Positions 51,270-60,925 of a stretch of DNA of 64,000 bases are shown in pieces. Source of the stretch: Pseudomonadota bacterium (lineage in GTDB: Bacteria; Pseudomonadota; Alphaproteobacteria; RF32; CAG-239); assembly GCA_918234285.1 (NCBI GenBank), contig CAKJXZ020000012.1, positions 1 to 64,000 of the forward strand, written 5' to 3'. Position 1 is the stretch's first letter; each line of letters opens with the position of its first letter. The notes below the pieces were generated by a model that was not told the origin of the DNA, searched no databases, and saw nothing but the letters and a program-made list of their open reading frames with translations. A program made the translations under genes and the position numbers.

Positions 51270-51470
51270 ATGAGCTTATTCAAAGATATATCAACAGACG
51301 TTATTAAACTATTGTGCTGGATTGGGTTCTTTATTGCATTATTTTTTATTGCAACTACAGCTTTTTATTATTGGGATTTCTATATAAATTTGGAACAAAA
51401 TACAAAATTGATTCAAGAATGTATGGATGAAGGTAATAGTGAAGAAGTCTGTAAAGGCAGAGTTTATTGA
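51270..51470 (+). CDS. Small single-TM protein with a Cys pair, paralogue of the previous gene
   Basis: AGGAGG RBS; TM helix then LIQECMDEGNSEEVC. Confidence 0.7.
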   Translation: MSLFKDISTDVIKLLCWIGFFIALFFIATTAFYYWDFYINLEQNTKLIQECMDEGNSEEVCKGRVY

Positions 51471-51738
51471 ACTTCGAGGACATAGCAAACAAAATAACTT
51501 TACCTCTCAAAGTTAAATACAAAAGAGGTTGGTAATTTACATAATAGGCAAGAGTTGAAATATACTCTTGCTCTTTTTTATTTACACTGTATTATATTCT
51601 TAATTCAACTTAAAATGGTGCAATTATGCTTAAAAATTTACTTCTGATGATGAAAAACAATAAAGAAAAAACGGCTCCCCTCTGTTTTTGTGGATGCTGT
51701 GCTTCAATTTATTATGTTTGAGAACAGCGGAGAGTAAA

Positions 51739-52311
51739 ATGGTAACAAAAGATAGAATATATATGACATTTAAATATCTCGGGTGTTTTCTTGCATGCAA
51801 TATTTTATTGTGGGCTATGATATGGCTTATTGCCGAATTAGACCAAGACAAACTTGAGCTGATTGATTGCTTTGCGTTTGAATACGGATATATTACAAAA
51901 ACACTTAGTTACCAAAGTTATTTACAAGGAGCTTGCACCTACCCGCAAATATGCACGTGCGCCGTAAATGCCGAATGGATATTGTTTTTCTATATTTGGG
52001 CTTTGCCGATTTTTGTTTTTTATGAAGTTTTTCGGCGCAAAATCATTCCGGCACAATACACCTATTTGTTTGTTTTTGGCGAAATTGCTTTTTGGTCGGT
52101 TATATGTTTTTTATGCCAAGACAATGCACCCTTTTTATGGTTTCCGCTCGGGAATACTTACAAAATCATCGCACCTATGGCAATTATTATGCTCGCATTA
52201 CACAGCTTGCCGCCGAAAGTACTTAAAGTGCTCTCTACAATCATCGGCACGATTTACGGGTTGTATTGGGGAATTTTTATAGCAATGATTGTCCCGAACT
52301 TTTTCCGCTAA
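51739..52311 (+). CDS. Hypothetical multi-pass membrane protein
   Basis: GGAG RBS, several TM helices, terminator at about 52312-52340. Confidence 0.7.
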   Translation: MVTKDRIYMTFKYLGCFLACNILLWAMIWLIAELDQDKLELIDCFAFEYGYITKTLSYQSYLQGACTYPQICTCAVNAEWILFFYIWALPIFVFYEVFRRKIIPAQYTYLFVFGEIAFWSVICFLCQDNAPFLWFPLGNTYKIIAPMAIIMLALHSLPPKVLKVLSTIIGTIYGLYWGIFIAMIVPNFFR

Positions 52312-52351
52312 AAGAAGGAGGCCACAGAGCCTCCTTTATTGTGTAATATGA

Positions 52352-52453
52352 GTGGCGCAGAATTTCAGCAAGCAAGGAATAGCCGAAGAAAACTACCCGC
52401 AGTTCGGCACCAACTTTTGGGGCGGAACACCGGAAAATAACTACGGCTTCGGC
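52352..52453 (+). repeat. ~100-bp direct repeat of 48711-48812 (gene fragment)
   Basis: Encodes FSKQGIAEENYPQFGTNFWGGTPENNYGFG versus FAKQGIAEENYPQYGTNFWGGSPENNYGFG. Confidence 0.9.
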
Positions 52454-52609
52454 GCCAACCCCGTATATCTCCTAAGGTTTGATTGATTTTAGGCAGAATA
52501 AATTTATTTAAATGATGTCATTATCCAAAAAATTTGTTTTTGACAATTTTTTACTTGATTTTTTGTACAAAATGTGTTTTTATAAGAAGACCAGAGTAGG
52601 AGAACATCA

Positions 52610-54085
52610 ATGACAGACGAGAATATGGAAGATATCACGGAAACGACGGAAGCGGGAGATACCGAGGATACACAAGTCGCGGAAGATATCGAGCAAGAAG
52701 CAGCGCAAGAGGAGGAAACTACGATTCCGCCTGACATGTCGTTGCAAATGTTGGCAGAAACAATTGATCCTATCAGCCGTAAAGAGCTGTTTGAACACGG
52801 ATTGAACATGTTGCAAATTTCGGCGGAGAAAAAGCCGATTGTTGCTGAATATTATAAGAGTCTGCGTGATGAGTATTTCGGTCCGGATGTACCGGAAGAA
52901 GAAGCAATAAACGCGCCGATTGAAGATGAACGGCAACGAAATTTGGTTGGCGAATTTTTAGATAATAAGCTTGACTTGATTAAGTCAGATGTGGTGAGTC
53001 TTAATTCGGATAGTGTGAATAAAGCGTTTGCGGAAATTTTTACTTTGGTCGGTGTAAAAGTAAGTCCCGAAAAGTTGGAAGAAAGTTTTTACGATCAACT
53101 GTTTGAAACGCGTTGTGAGAATATTCCGGAACTGTTGGACGAATACAAAATTTTGCAACTCAACCGCAGTTTATACCATATTTATGCCAACAAAAGCGGT
53201 ACGTTGGCTCTGAACGGTATTATCTTGCAAATGGAAAAATACTATTCTCAAAAAGATATAACGCGTGAACAGTTGGCGCAGTTTTATTATAACATCGGTT
53301 GCATTTATGACGTTCATTCTTTGCAGAAAAATACCGAAAAGATGGTCAAAGAAGAACATATGTTGGCACTGAGTTATAAGCGTAAGGCTTTGGATAAAAC
53401 CAGAAAGAATATGGAATTGATTTTGAATGTTCATCGTGACTGGTGTACCAACTACGACTATAAACCGCAGAAAATTCTCGATGCTTGCCATCGAGTAATC
53501 GATAATTCCGGCGACAGTCGAAGTCTGTATCAGGCCCATATGCTTTATGCCGAAACTCTGCAAGACTTTAGAGGCACCGAGGGTTTCGGTAGTCAGCGCG
53601 AAAAACGCGTGGCTTCAATTATCAAGCACTATCGCAAAGCGGTAAATTATACCGAAAATGAAGAAGAAAAAATCGATATACTCGATATGATTTCCGCGCA
53701 GCAGAAAAATTACGATAAGCCGGCTTATATCCGTACGCGGATGGAAATGGCTTCGTTATTGAATTATCGCGCCAAAATCAGAGAATACAGTCGTTTGGTT
53801 GATGAAACCGATGATTTCAAATTGAAATCGTTTTTGTTTATGTCCGGAATTAATGAGTTTTACGAACTCAGCGGTATTGATGACGAAGACCGCCAGTTGT
53901 ATGACGATTTGGATGCCAAATTCCGCAAGACCATTGAGGATAACGGCGGTGATGCAAAAGTTATTGCCAAATTGAATGAATTGAAAAAAGAATACGGCAC
54001 TGCAGATAAAAAAGAGCCGGAAATGTTATTTGTACGGGCATCAACCAGCGGACATGATTTTTTCGGTTCAGGTAAAGGCAGATAA
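52610..54085 (+). CDS. Helical (TPR-like) hypothetical protein with acidic N-terminus
   Basis: 491 aa, AGGAG RBS; TPR-like helices such as LAQFYYNIGCIY...ALSYKRKAL. Confidence 0.8.
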   Translation: MTDENMEDITETTEAGDTEDTQVAEDIEQEAAQEEETTIPPDMSLQMLAETIDPISRKELFEHGLNMLQISAEKKPIVAEYYKSLRDEYFGPDVPEEEAINAPIEDERQRNLVGEFLDNKLDLIKSDVVSLNSDSVNKAFAEIFTLVGVKVSPEKLEESFYDQLFETRCENIPELLDEYKILQLNRSLYHIYANKSGTLALNGIILQMEKYYSQKDITREQLAQFYYNIGCIYDVHSLQKNTEKMVKEEHMLALSYKRKALDKTRKNMELILNVHRDWCTNYDYKPQKILDACHRVIDNSGDSRSLYQAHMLYAETLQDFRGTEGFGSQREKRVASIIKHYRKAVNYTENEEEKIDILDMISAQQKNYDKPAYIRTRMEMASLLNYRAKIREYSRLVDETDDFKLKSFLFMSGINEFYELSGIDDEDRQLYDDLDAKFRKTIEDNGGDAKVIAKLNELKKEYGTADKKEPEMLFVRASTSGHDFFGSGKGR

Positions 54086-54099
54086 AAAGGAGAAAGATA

Positions 54100-54636
54100 A
54101 TGTCTCGTCGCTCTTGGATATTAAGTTTTTTGATTGTGCTCGCCGGATTGTTTTCGGCGCAGGCTCGAACTATGAAAATGCAACAAATTAACTGTGTTAT
54201 GCGCGATTCAAAAGAATTTTGCACGTCGCTGAAACACAGGCCGTTGAACGGTAAAGTGGCCGTTCAGAGTCCGGACGGTAATTTAGGCAGTATCAGCGAG
54301 TTCAAAAAGGGATATCGCCACGGCGAGAGTCTGTTTTACGATGGCAACGGCTATATGACCGAGAGAATTCTTTTCCGCGACGGCATGAAGGATGGAGTGT
54401 CCTTATATTATCATAAAAACGGTAAAGTTTGGATATCCGCGCCATATATCAAAGCTTTGTTGGACGGTTCGGTTGATATATATGACGTAAACGGTAAAAT
54501 TCGCGGCAAATTCAAATATGACAAGGGTAATTTAAAGTGGGGATATTGTAAACGCAAAGGTCAACATAAAGTTAAATATCCCAATCGCAAATCCTTTGTC
54601 GAAAACAACCAACTTGTTACATGCGGTCCAAAATGA
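54100..54636 (+). CDS. Exported MORN-variant repeat (YwqK-like) protein
   Basis: Signal peptide; repeats such as HGESLFYDGNG, DGVSLYYHKNGK, DGSVDIYDVNGK. Confidence 0.8.
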   Translation: MSRRSWILSFLIVLAGLFSAQARTMKMQQINCVMRDSKEFCTSLKHRPLNGKVAVQSPDGNLGSISEFKKGYRHGESLFYDGNGYMTERILFRDGMKDGVSLYYHKNGKVWISAPYIKALLDGSVDIYDVNGKIRGKFKYDKGNLKWGYCKRKGQHKVKYPNRKSFVENNQLVTCGPK

Positions 54637-55478
54637 CGACGGGGTTGGTTTTAGAAGGTGGAGCACATCGGGCGATTTATACCGCCGGTGTGCTTGATGT
54701 TTTAAACGAAAACGACATTATGTTTGATGGTGTTGTAGGCGTTTCCGCCGGCGCTATTCACGGTTGTGCTTTTGTTTCCAAACAAAAAGGTCGCAGTATC
54801 GGCTATACTTTAAAATATGCCGATAACTGGCGGTATATGAGTTTTTATTCGTGGCTTCTTACCGGTAATCTGGTGGGCGAGCAGTTTTGCTATCACGATT
54901 TGCCGGAAAAACTTTTTCCGTTTAATCATCAGACATTTGAGGCATCGCCGACCAAATTTTACGCCGTGTGCACCAATTTGGAAAGCGGACAAGCCGAATA
55001 TCTATATTGCGACGAATTGCGCACCAAACTATCGTATATCAGAGCTTCCGCTTCAATGCCGCTGGTATCTAAAATCAGTTATATAGGCAACAAAAAATAT
55101 CTGGACGGAGGTATTGCCGACAGCATACCGGTACGCGCTTTTCAACAGATGGGATATGATCGTTGTGTGGTGGTGCAAACAAGAGCGGCCGGATATCGCA
55201 AAAAACCTAATAAATTGGCGTGGATCGCGAAAATATTGTATCGCAAATACCCGAAATTTGTTGACGCCGTTAAAAATCGTCATATCATGTATAACAACGA
55301 GTTGGCGGATATTGAGCAAATGCAAAAAAGCGGCGAAGTGTTGGTTATTCGGCCGAGCAAGGAAATCAAAATCAGCCATACCGAGCGTAATAAATCGGTT
55401 TTGCAGGCAGTATATAATCTCGGACGCGAGGATGCATTACGGATGTTGCCGCAAATAAAGGAGTTTATTGCCAAATAA
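54633..55478 (+). CDS. Patatin-like phospholipase family protein
   Basis: LVLEGGA, GVSAG, RASASMP, YLDGG. Confidence 0.92.
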   Translation: MTTGLVLEGGAHRAIYTAGVLDVLNENDIMFDGVVGVSAGAIHGCAFVSKQKGRSIGYTLKYADNWRYMSFYSWLLTGNLVGEQFCYHDLPEKLFPFNHQTFEASPTKFYAVCTNLESGQAEYLYCDELRTKLSYIRASASMPLVSKISYIGNKKYLDGGIADSIPVRAFQQMGYDRCVVVQTRAAGYRKKPNKLAWIAKILYRKYPKFVDAVKNRHIMYNNELADIEQMQKSGEVLVIRPSKEIKISHTERNKSVLQAVYNLGREDALRMLPQIKEFIAK

Positions 55479-55514
55479 ACATCGGCCAGAACCTAACCGG
55501 AAGGACTAAGAATT

Positions 55515-57296
55515 GTGAAAATTAAACCGTTCCCGCAAACAGCTTTCAAATATTTGCTACATGAATGTATAATACCGTTCAAGTGGGCATTTTTGATGTG
55601 TTTGTTGCTGGTGTTTGCCGAAACCGGTGTTCACAATCTGGTTACTTGGTTGGTCGCTCGCTTGGTGGACAGTATTAAATCGGGGGTATCGCCGGAAGCT
55701 TTGCACCGCGCGTTATGGATTATCGGGGCGCTGGTGGTAGGCGACATCATCAATATCTTTTTACCGAAACAGGTTTTGATGTATCGGCAAAAGCATCTTT
55801 ATTTTCCGGTACAGGAGAGTATTTACGGCCGTGCATTGTCCTATATTTTTGCCCATTCGGTAAATTATATCGTCAACAAGCAGACCGGCACCTTGCTCGC
55901 CAAAACCAATCAGATTACAAGCTTGCCACCCTTATTTTCGGTTATCATTACGCAATTTTGGTGGTTAATCAGCGATATTAGCTTAAAAATAATCTTATTG
56001 ACTGCTATCAATGTATGGCTTGGTATTTTATTTGTATCCTGTTCCGGAATTGTCGCTATCGTAAACTACTATGCCAATAAACCGAGCGACCGACTTAATA
56101 ATATGCAAAGCAAGGCAGAATCTTTGTATTCCGGCTGGTTGGTTGATACTATTGCTAATATTCGCTTGGTTAAGCAATTCAATCGTTTAGACTATGAAAA
56201 AAAGCGATTGGCAACACTTTTACAGCAATATATCTCGATTAAAGTCAAAAATATGTTTGTCTGGTTTTCTTCCTATACCGGCGTTGGTTGCTTTATACAT
56301 TTTTGCTCGGTTACGATGCTGACGTTTGCCGTATATTTATGGAGTAAATCCTTAATCAATATCGGTGATATTGTTTTTGTTTTATTAACCATAAACAGTG
56401 GTTTTATGTGGCTGATGGAGTTATGTATTGATTATCGCCGCTTTATGAATAATCTGGCGCATATTCAAGCCGGATTAGAGCCGTTTAACGATAGACACGA
56501 AATTGAAGATGCACCGGATGCCAAAGAGCTGAAAATTAAAAAAGGCAAAATCGAATTTAAAAATGTCGGCTTTGCTTATCCTGAGCAAAAAAGAATTTTT
56601 GACGGCTTTAATTTAGAGATTAAAAGCGGTGAAAAAGTCGGTATCGTCGGCTTATCCGGCAATGGTAAAACCACACTGATTAATCTGTTGCAACGCGCAT
56701 ACGATATAGAGGAGGGGCAAATTCTGATTGACGGGCAGGATATTAAAACCGTTACGCAATCAAGTCTGCACCAAAATTTGGCGATTATTCCGCAAGAAAC
56801 CGTGCTGTTCCACCGTAGCCTTAAAGATAATATCGGGTACGGGGTTAAAACCACTGATAAAAAAATCCGACAGGCCGCAAAAGTTGCTTGTGCCGATGAA
56901 TTCATTAAGGCACTGCCCGACGGATACGATTCAATGGTCGGCGACAGGGGTTGCAAACTCTCCGGCGGAGAACGGCAACGCATTGCCATTGCCCGTGCGG
57001 TTTTGAGAAACAGCCCGATATTGATTTTAGATGAAGCTACCTCATCGCTTGACAGCGAGGCTGAAAGTATTGTTGCCGAGGCCATCAATAACTTACTCGG
57101 CAAACAAACGGTTATTGCGATTGCGCACCGCCTCTCTACCTTACGTAAAATGGATAGGATTATTTATTTAGAGCAAGGTAAAGTGACGGAAGTCGGCACT
57201 TTTACGGAGTTGGCAAAAAAGAAAAACGGCAAATTTGCCAAGCTGTGGAAAATGCAACAGTTGGCGCAAAAGGAGGCGAGCGATGAAGTTATTTGA
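55515..57296 (+). CDS. ABC exporter, fused TMD-NBD subunit 1
   Basis: N-terminal TMD, GLSGNGKTT, LSGGERQR, ILDEAT, AHRLST. Confidence 0.93.
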   Translation: MKIKPFPQTAFKYLLHECIIPFKWAFLMCLLLVFAETGVHNLVTWLVARLVDSIKSGVSPEALHRALWIIGALVVGDIINIFLPKQVLMYRQKHLYFPVQESIYGRALSYIFAHSVNYIVNKQTGTLLAKTNQITSLPPLFSVIITQFWWLISDISLKIILLTAINVWLGILFVSCSGIVAIVNYYANKPSDRLNNMQSKAESLYSGWLVDTIANIRLVKQFNRLDYEKKRLATLLQQYISIKVKNMFVWFSSYTGVGCFIHFCSVTMLTFAVYLWSKSLINIGDIVFVLLTINSGFMWLMELCIDYRRFMNNLAHIQAGLEPFNDRHEIEDAPDAKELKIKKGKIEFKNVGFAYPEQKRIFDGFNLEIKSGEKVGIVGLSGNGKTTLINLLQRAYDIEEGQILIDGQDIKTVTQSSLHQNLAIIPQETVLFHRSLKDNIGYGVKTTDKKIRQAAKVACADEFIKALPDGYDSMVGDRGCKLSGGERQRIAIARAVLRNSPILILDEATSSLDSEAESIVAEAINNLLGKQTVIAIAHRLSTLRKMDRIIYLEQGKVTEVGTFTELAKKKNGKFAKLWKMQQLAQKEASDEVI

Positions 57297-59070
57297 AAAT
57301 ATACCGAATATGCGTAAAGTGCCGTCAAATCCGCTGTTGTTTATGTGGGAGGCGATATACGGTGCGCGCAAGTGGGCGTTTATCGGCATGGCTTTAGCCT
57401 TCGGGCTGCAGTTGATGAAAATTTATGTGCCGGTATATTTTTCGCGGATGATTGATTATTTTACCAAAATAACGCCGGAAGAATTTGCTTGGGAAAAAAT
57501 GTGGTGGTTCTTGGCGGCCATTTTGGCTTCATACATTGGGCAATCGGTATTCAGAATGATTCGTGAGTTATTGGAAGAAAACAATGTGCGGATTTTCATG
57601 GATGCTAAAATTAAACTGTTTGCGGTGGATTACTTGGCCAAACATTCGGAAAATTACTTTTCTTCACAAAAAACCGGACAATTATCGCAGAAAGTAACGA
57701 CTTGCGCTGAGAAGGTTACAACGGTACATGGTCAAATCTCGCGTCTTTACAGCAATATTTTCAACGTTTTGATTAACTTTTTCTATATTGGTTGTGTCAG
57801 CTTATGGATTTTGCTCTTGGTGGTTATTTTTGGCTCAATATCTGCTTTTGCTTCGTATAAATCGAGCATTAAATTACGTGCTTTGAGTAAAGATAATGAT
57901 AATATATTTGATGATTTTAATGGTGTTTTAGCCGATAGTATCGGTAATGCCTTGAATGTGAAGGCCGGCGGCAGTGAAGATTATGAGATTTCTTTTGTTA
58001 AGAGTGTTTTTGATAAATACAAAAATACAGCTTATGCAAGTCTTAGCAGATTTCAAGACAGTCTTCGTTTTCAACGGCTAATGGTCTGTCTGTTTGGAAT
58101 TTGCGCTTTGTTGTTGCTGATTTATCTGTGGTATCACGAAAAAGTGAGTATCGGCGATGTAACCTTGGTGTTGATGTTGATGAGGATGGTTATGGATTGC
58201 TTGGTTGCAGTACTTGGGAATATTTGCAAGCTAAATACTTTTTTGGGGGCGTTACAGGCGGCAATGATGCCGTTTGTGGTCAAACATGAGATTATTGACG
58301 CACCACACGCCAAAGCGCTTAAAATCGGCGGTGGCGCGATTGAGCTTAAAAAAGTTAAATTCGGATACGACAACAAAAAGGTGTTCAATAACTTTTCGCT
58401 AAAAATCAAAGCCGGAGAAAAGGTCGGTATTGTCGGCGCGTCGGGCAGCGGCAAGAGCACCTTGATAAATTTGTTGCAACGCGCATACGATATAGAGGCC
58501 GGCGAAATTTTGATAGACGGGCAGAATGTAGCGAAGGTTAAGCAAAACAGCTTGCACGATGCCATCGCGCTTATTCCGCAAGATACGTCGCTGTTTCATC
58601 GCACCGTCAGTCAAAATATAGCTTACGGCAAGCTGAATGCCAAGCAAAGCGAAATTGAAAAGGCGGCGCAAAAGGCCTATGCCGACGAGTTTATCAAAGA
58701 ACTGCCGAAAGGCTATCAAACCAAAGTAGGGGAAAAGGGGGTTAAACTTTCCGGCGGACAAAGGCAACGCGTGGCCATCGCCCGCGCGATTTTGAAAAAC
58801 TCGCCGATATTGTTGTTGGACGAGGCTACTTCGGCGCTCGACAGCGAGGCGGAATTTTATATTCAAAAAGCGTTGGACGGGCTGATAAAAAACAAAACGG
58901 TTATTGCTGTGGCGCACCGCTTATCGACCCTCAAAAATATGGATAGAATCGTGGTGCTGGAAAAAGGGCGTATTATTGAAGACGATACGCCGGAGAATTT
59001 GCTTAAATCAGCCGGTAAATTTGCCGAATTGTGGCAGATTCAGATGAATGCCGAAGCAGGAAAGGACTGA
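57283..59070 (+). CDS. ABC exporter, fused TMD-NBD subunit 2
   Basis: GASGSGKST, LSGGQRQR, LLDEAT, AHRLST. Confidence 0.93.
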   Translation: MKLFENIPNMRKVPSNPLLFMWEAIYGARKWAFIGMALAFGLQLMKIYVPVYFSRMIDYFTKITPEEFAWEKMWWFLAAILASYIGQSVFRMIRELLEENNVRIFMDAKIKLFAVDYLAKHSENYFSSQKTGQLSQKVTTCAEKVTTVHGQISRLYSNIFNVLINFFYIGCVSLWILLLVVIFGSISAFASYKSSIKLRALSKDNDNIFDDFNGVLADSIGNALNVKAGGSEDYEISFVKSVFDKYKNTAYASLSRFQDSLRFQRLMVCLFGICALLLLIYLWYHEKVSIGDVTLVLMLMRMVMDCLVAVLGNICKLNTFLGALQAAMMPFVVKHEIIDAPHAKALKIGGGAIELKKVKFGYDNKKVFNNFSLKIKAGEKVGIVGASGSGKSTLINLLQRAYDIEAGEILIDGQNVAKVKQNSLHDAIALIPQDTSLFHRTVSQNIAYGKLNAKQSEIEKAAQKAYADEFIKELPKGYQTKVGEKGVKLSGGQRQRVAIARAILKNSPILLLDEATSALDSEAEFYIQKALDGLIKNKTVIAVAHRLSTLKNMDRIVVLEKGRIIEDDTPENLLKSAGKFAELWQIQMNAEAGKD

Positions 59071-59074
59071 GAAA

Positions 59075-60079
59075 ATGGAAGTGATAACCCCGATATCGCC
59101 GCAAAAAGATTATATCGACAAGAAAATAGTGTTTTTGGCGGGGCCGATTAAGGGTGCGCCCGATTGGCAGGCTCAAGCCATTAAAGACTTGGCGGATTTA
59201 GATGTGTATGTCGCTAATCCGCGCCGTGAAAACGTAGTCAATTTTAACCTCGATTTGCAGGTTAATTGGGAAAGCAAGTTTTTGGCGCTCGCCGATGTGA
59301 TTATGTTTTGGATTCCGCCGAAAGATACTGATGTTGCCGGTCGCGATTATGCCCAAACCACGCGCTTTGAATTGGCAGAGTGGATGGCCAAAACTAATTA
59401 TAATCAAACGCACAAGCAAGTAGTGGTCGGGATTGATGATGCCTTTTTCGGCAAAAGTTATATCGTTAAGCGGTTACAAGCGGAAAATGTACCGGTTTAT
59501 TTCACTTATGCCGAAACCCTCAGTAAAGTTTGCTCGTTATTAAAAAGCGGCGGGCGGGTTTTCTTTACTTCCGATACGCATTTCGGCAGTGAGCGTACAC
59601 GTCAATTTTCGCGCCGTCCGTTTGATTCCGTAAAAGAAATGGATGACGTATTGGTTAAAAACTGGAATAACAAAGTGGCTTCCGATGACGTAGTATATCA
59701 TTTGGGCGATTTCGGCGACTTGAATGTCCGTCCGTATTTGCACGGCAAGATTCATTTTATTTTGGGCAATTACGAAACCGATGCCTTAAAGAAAAATCCG
59801 GCGTTGCGGACCGAATTGGAAAAATGTTTTGCCAGTGTTTTGCTGCACGATACGCTGACTTTGAAAAACGGCGAACCGGTATATTTAACCCATAAGCCGA
59901 GCGAGTGCAAACGAGACATGTTCAACTTGTTCGGACATATCCACGGTTTGAGAAAAGTAAGCACAAACGGCTTAAATGTCGGCGTTGATGCCAATCATTT
60001 CCGGCCAATCAGTGAAGACGATGTGCTGTTTTTCAAAAATGCAATATTGAATCATTATGACCACGAGGTGTTTTTATAA
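59075..60079 (+). CDS. Nucleoside 2-deoxyribosyltransferase-like domain fused to a calcineurin-like phosphoesterase
   Basis: N: VFLAGPI...DWQ...NPRR...QVNWE...AD.I.FW...TTRFEL; C: FFTSDTHFG...RPF...EMD...NWN...YHLGDF...GNYE...GHIH. Confidence 0.85.
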   Translation: MEVITPISPQKDYIDKKIVFLAGPIKGAPDWQAQAIKDLADLDVYVANPRRENVVNFNLDLQVNWESKFLALADVIMFWIPPKDTDVAGRDYAQTTRFELAEWMAKTNYNQTHKQVVVGIDDAFFGKSYIVKRLQAENVPVYFTYAETLSKVCSLLKSGGRVFFTSDTHFGSERTRQFSRRPFDSVKEMDDVLVKNWNNKVASDDVVYHLGDFGDLNVRPYLHGKIHFILGNYETDALKKNPALRTELEKCFASVLLHDTLTLKNGEPVYLTHKPSECKRDMFNLFGHIHGLRKVSTNGLNVGVDANHFRPISEDDVLFFKNAILNHYDHEVFL

Positions 60080-60080
60080 A

Positions 60081-60884
60081 ATGAATAAGATTGCAAAATT
60101 GCTGAAATGGGGAGTTTTATTGGGTTCTATTCTGCTTTTTGAAGCGGTTATTTACGAACCTTACAGCCTGAAGATAACTTCGTATGATTTGCAAAATCCG
60201 CAGCTTTCCGGCCTTAAAATCGTGTTTGCGGCGGATTTTCATATTGCACCGTACGGTTGGGAAAAGCGGCGATTAAACAGGATTATCGACACCATAAACA
60301 AACAAAAAGCTGATTTGGTTATTTTGGGCGGAGATTACGTGAACCGGCATAATAAAACGGGAACTATGCCACCGGAGTATATTGCCGCCGCCTTGCAACG
60401 GATTACCGCTCCAAAGGTGGCGGTGCTGGGCAATCATGATTCTTATTACGGCAAAAAAGAAGTCAAGGGGGCTTTGGAAAATGCCGCAATTCCCGTATTG
60501 GATAACAGCAACCTCTCAATCAATCTGCAGGGCAGGGAAGTATATGTTGCCGGCGTGAGCGATTATGATACGGATAAGCCGGATATAGAAAAGGCTGTGC
60601 AAAATACCCAAACACCGCTGATTTTTGTTACCCATTCGCCCGATGTGTTCGTTAATCTCAAAGACGAGGCAGATATATCCTTTGCCGGACATACCCACGG
60701 CGGGCAGATTGTTTTGCCGTTTTGGGGCGCGTTGGTAGTCAACACCGACAGCGGCAGAAAATACACTTACGGCTTGTTTATGGAATACGGCAAACCGCGG
60801 ATAGTGTCTTCCGGTTTGGGTACCAGCATTTTGCCGGTGCGCTTCAATAATCGTCCGGAGATTGTAGTGGTGGAATTTGAATAA
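60081..60884 (+). CDS. Metallophosphoesterase (YkuE-like)
   Basis: ADFH, LGGDY, LGNHD, THSPD, AGHTHGGQ, SSGLGT. Confidence 0.9.
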   Translation: MNKIAKLLKWGVLLGSILLFEAVIYEPYSLKITSYDLQNPQLSGLKIVFAADFHIAPYGWEKRRLNRIIDTINKQKADLVILGGDYVNRHNKTGTMPPEYIAAALQRITAPKVAVLGNHDSYYGKKEVKGALENAAIPVLDNSNLSINLQGREVYVAGVSDYDTDKPDIEKAVQNTQTPLIFVTHSPDVFVNLKDEADISFAGHTHGGQIVLPFWGALVVNTDSGRKYTYGLFMEYGKPRIVSSGLGTSILPVRFNNRPEIVVVEFE

Positions 60885-60920
60885 AAAAAATCCCTCGCGG
60901 CGGTTAAGCGGCGGGGGATT
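60883..60920 (-). terminator. Intrinsic terminator, near-identical to 61946-61982
   Basis: AAAAAAATCCCTCGCGGCGGTTAAGCGGCGGGGGATT on the + strand. Confidence 0.8.
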
Positions 60921-60925
60921 GCTGT

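Noticed and set aside
54100-54636. YwqK-like antitoxin as part of the toxin island
   Set aside because: It lies outside the repeat-bounded island in a normal-GC operon; MORN-variant repeats alone do not imply immunity.
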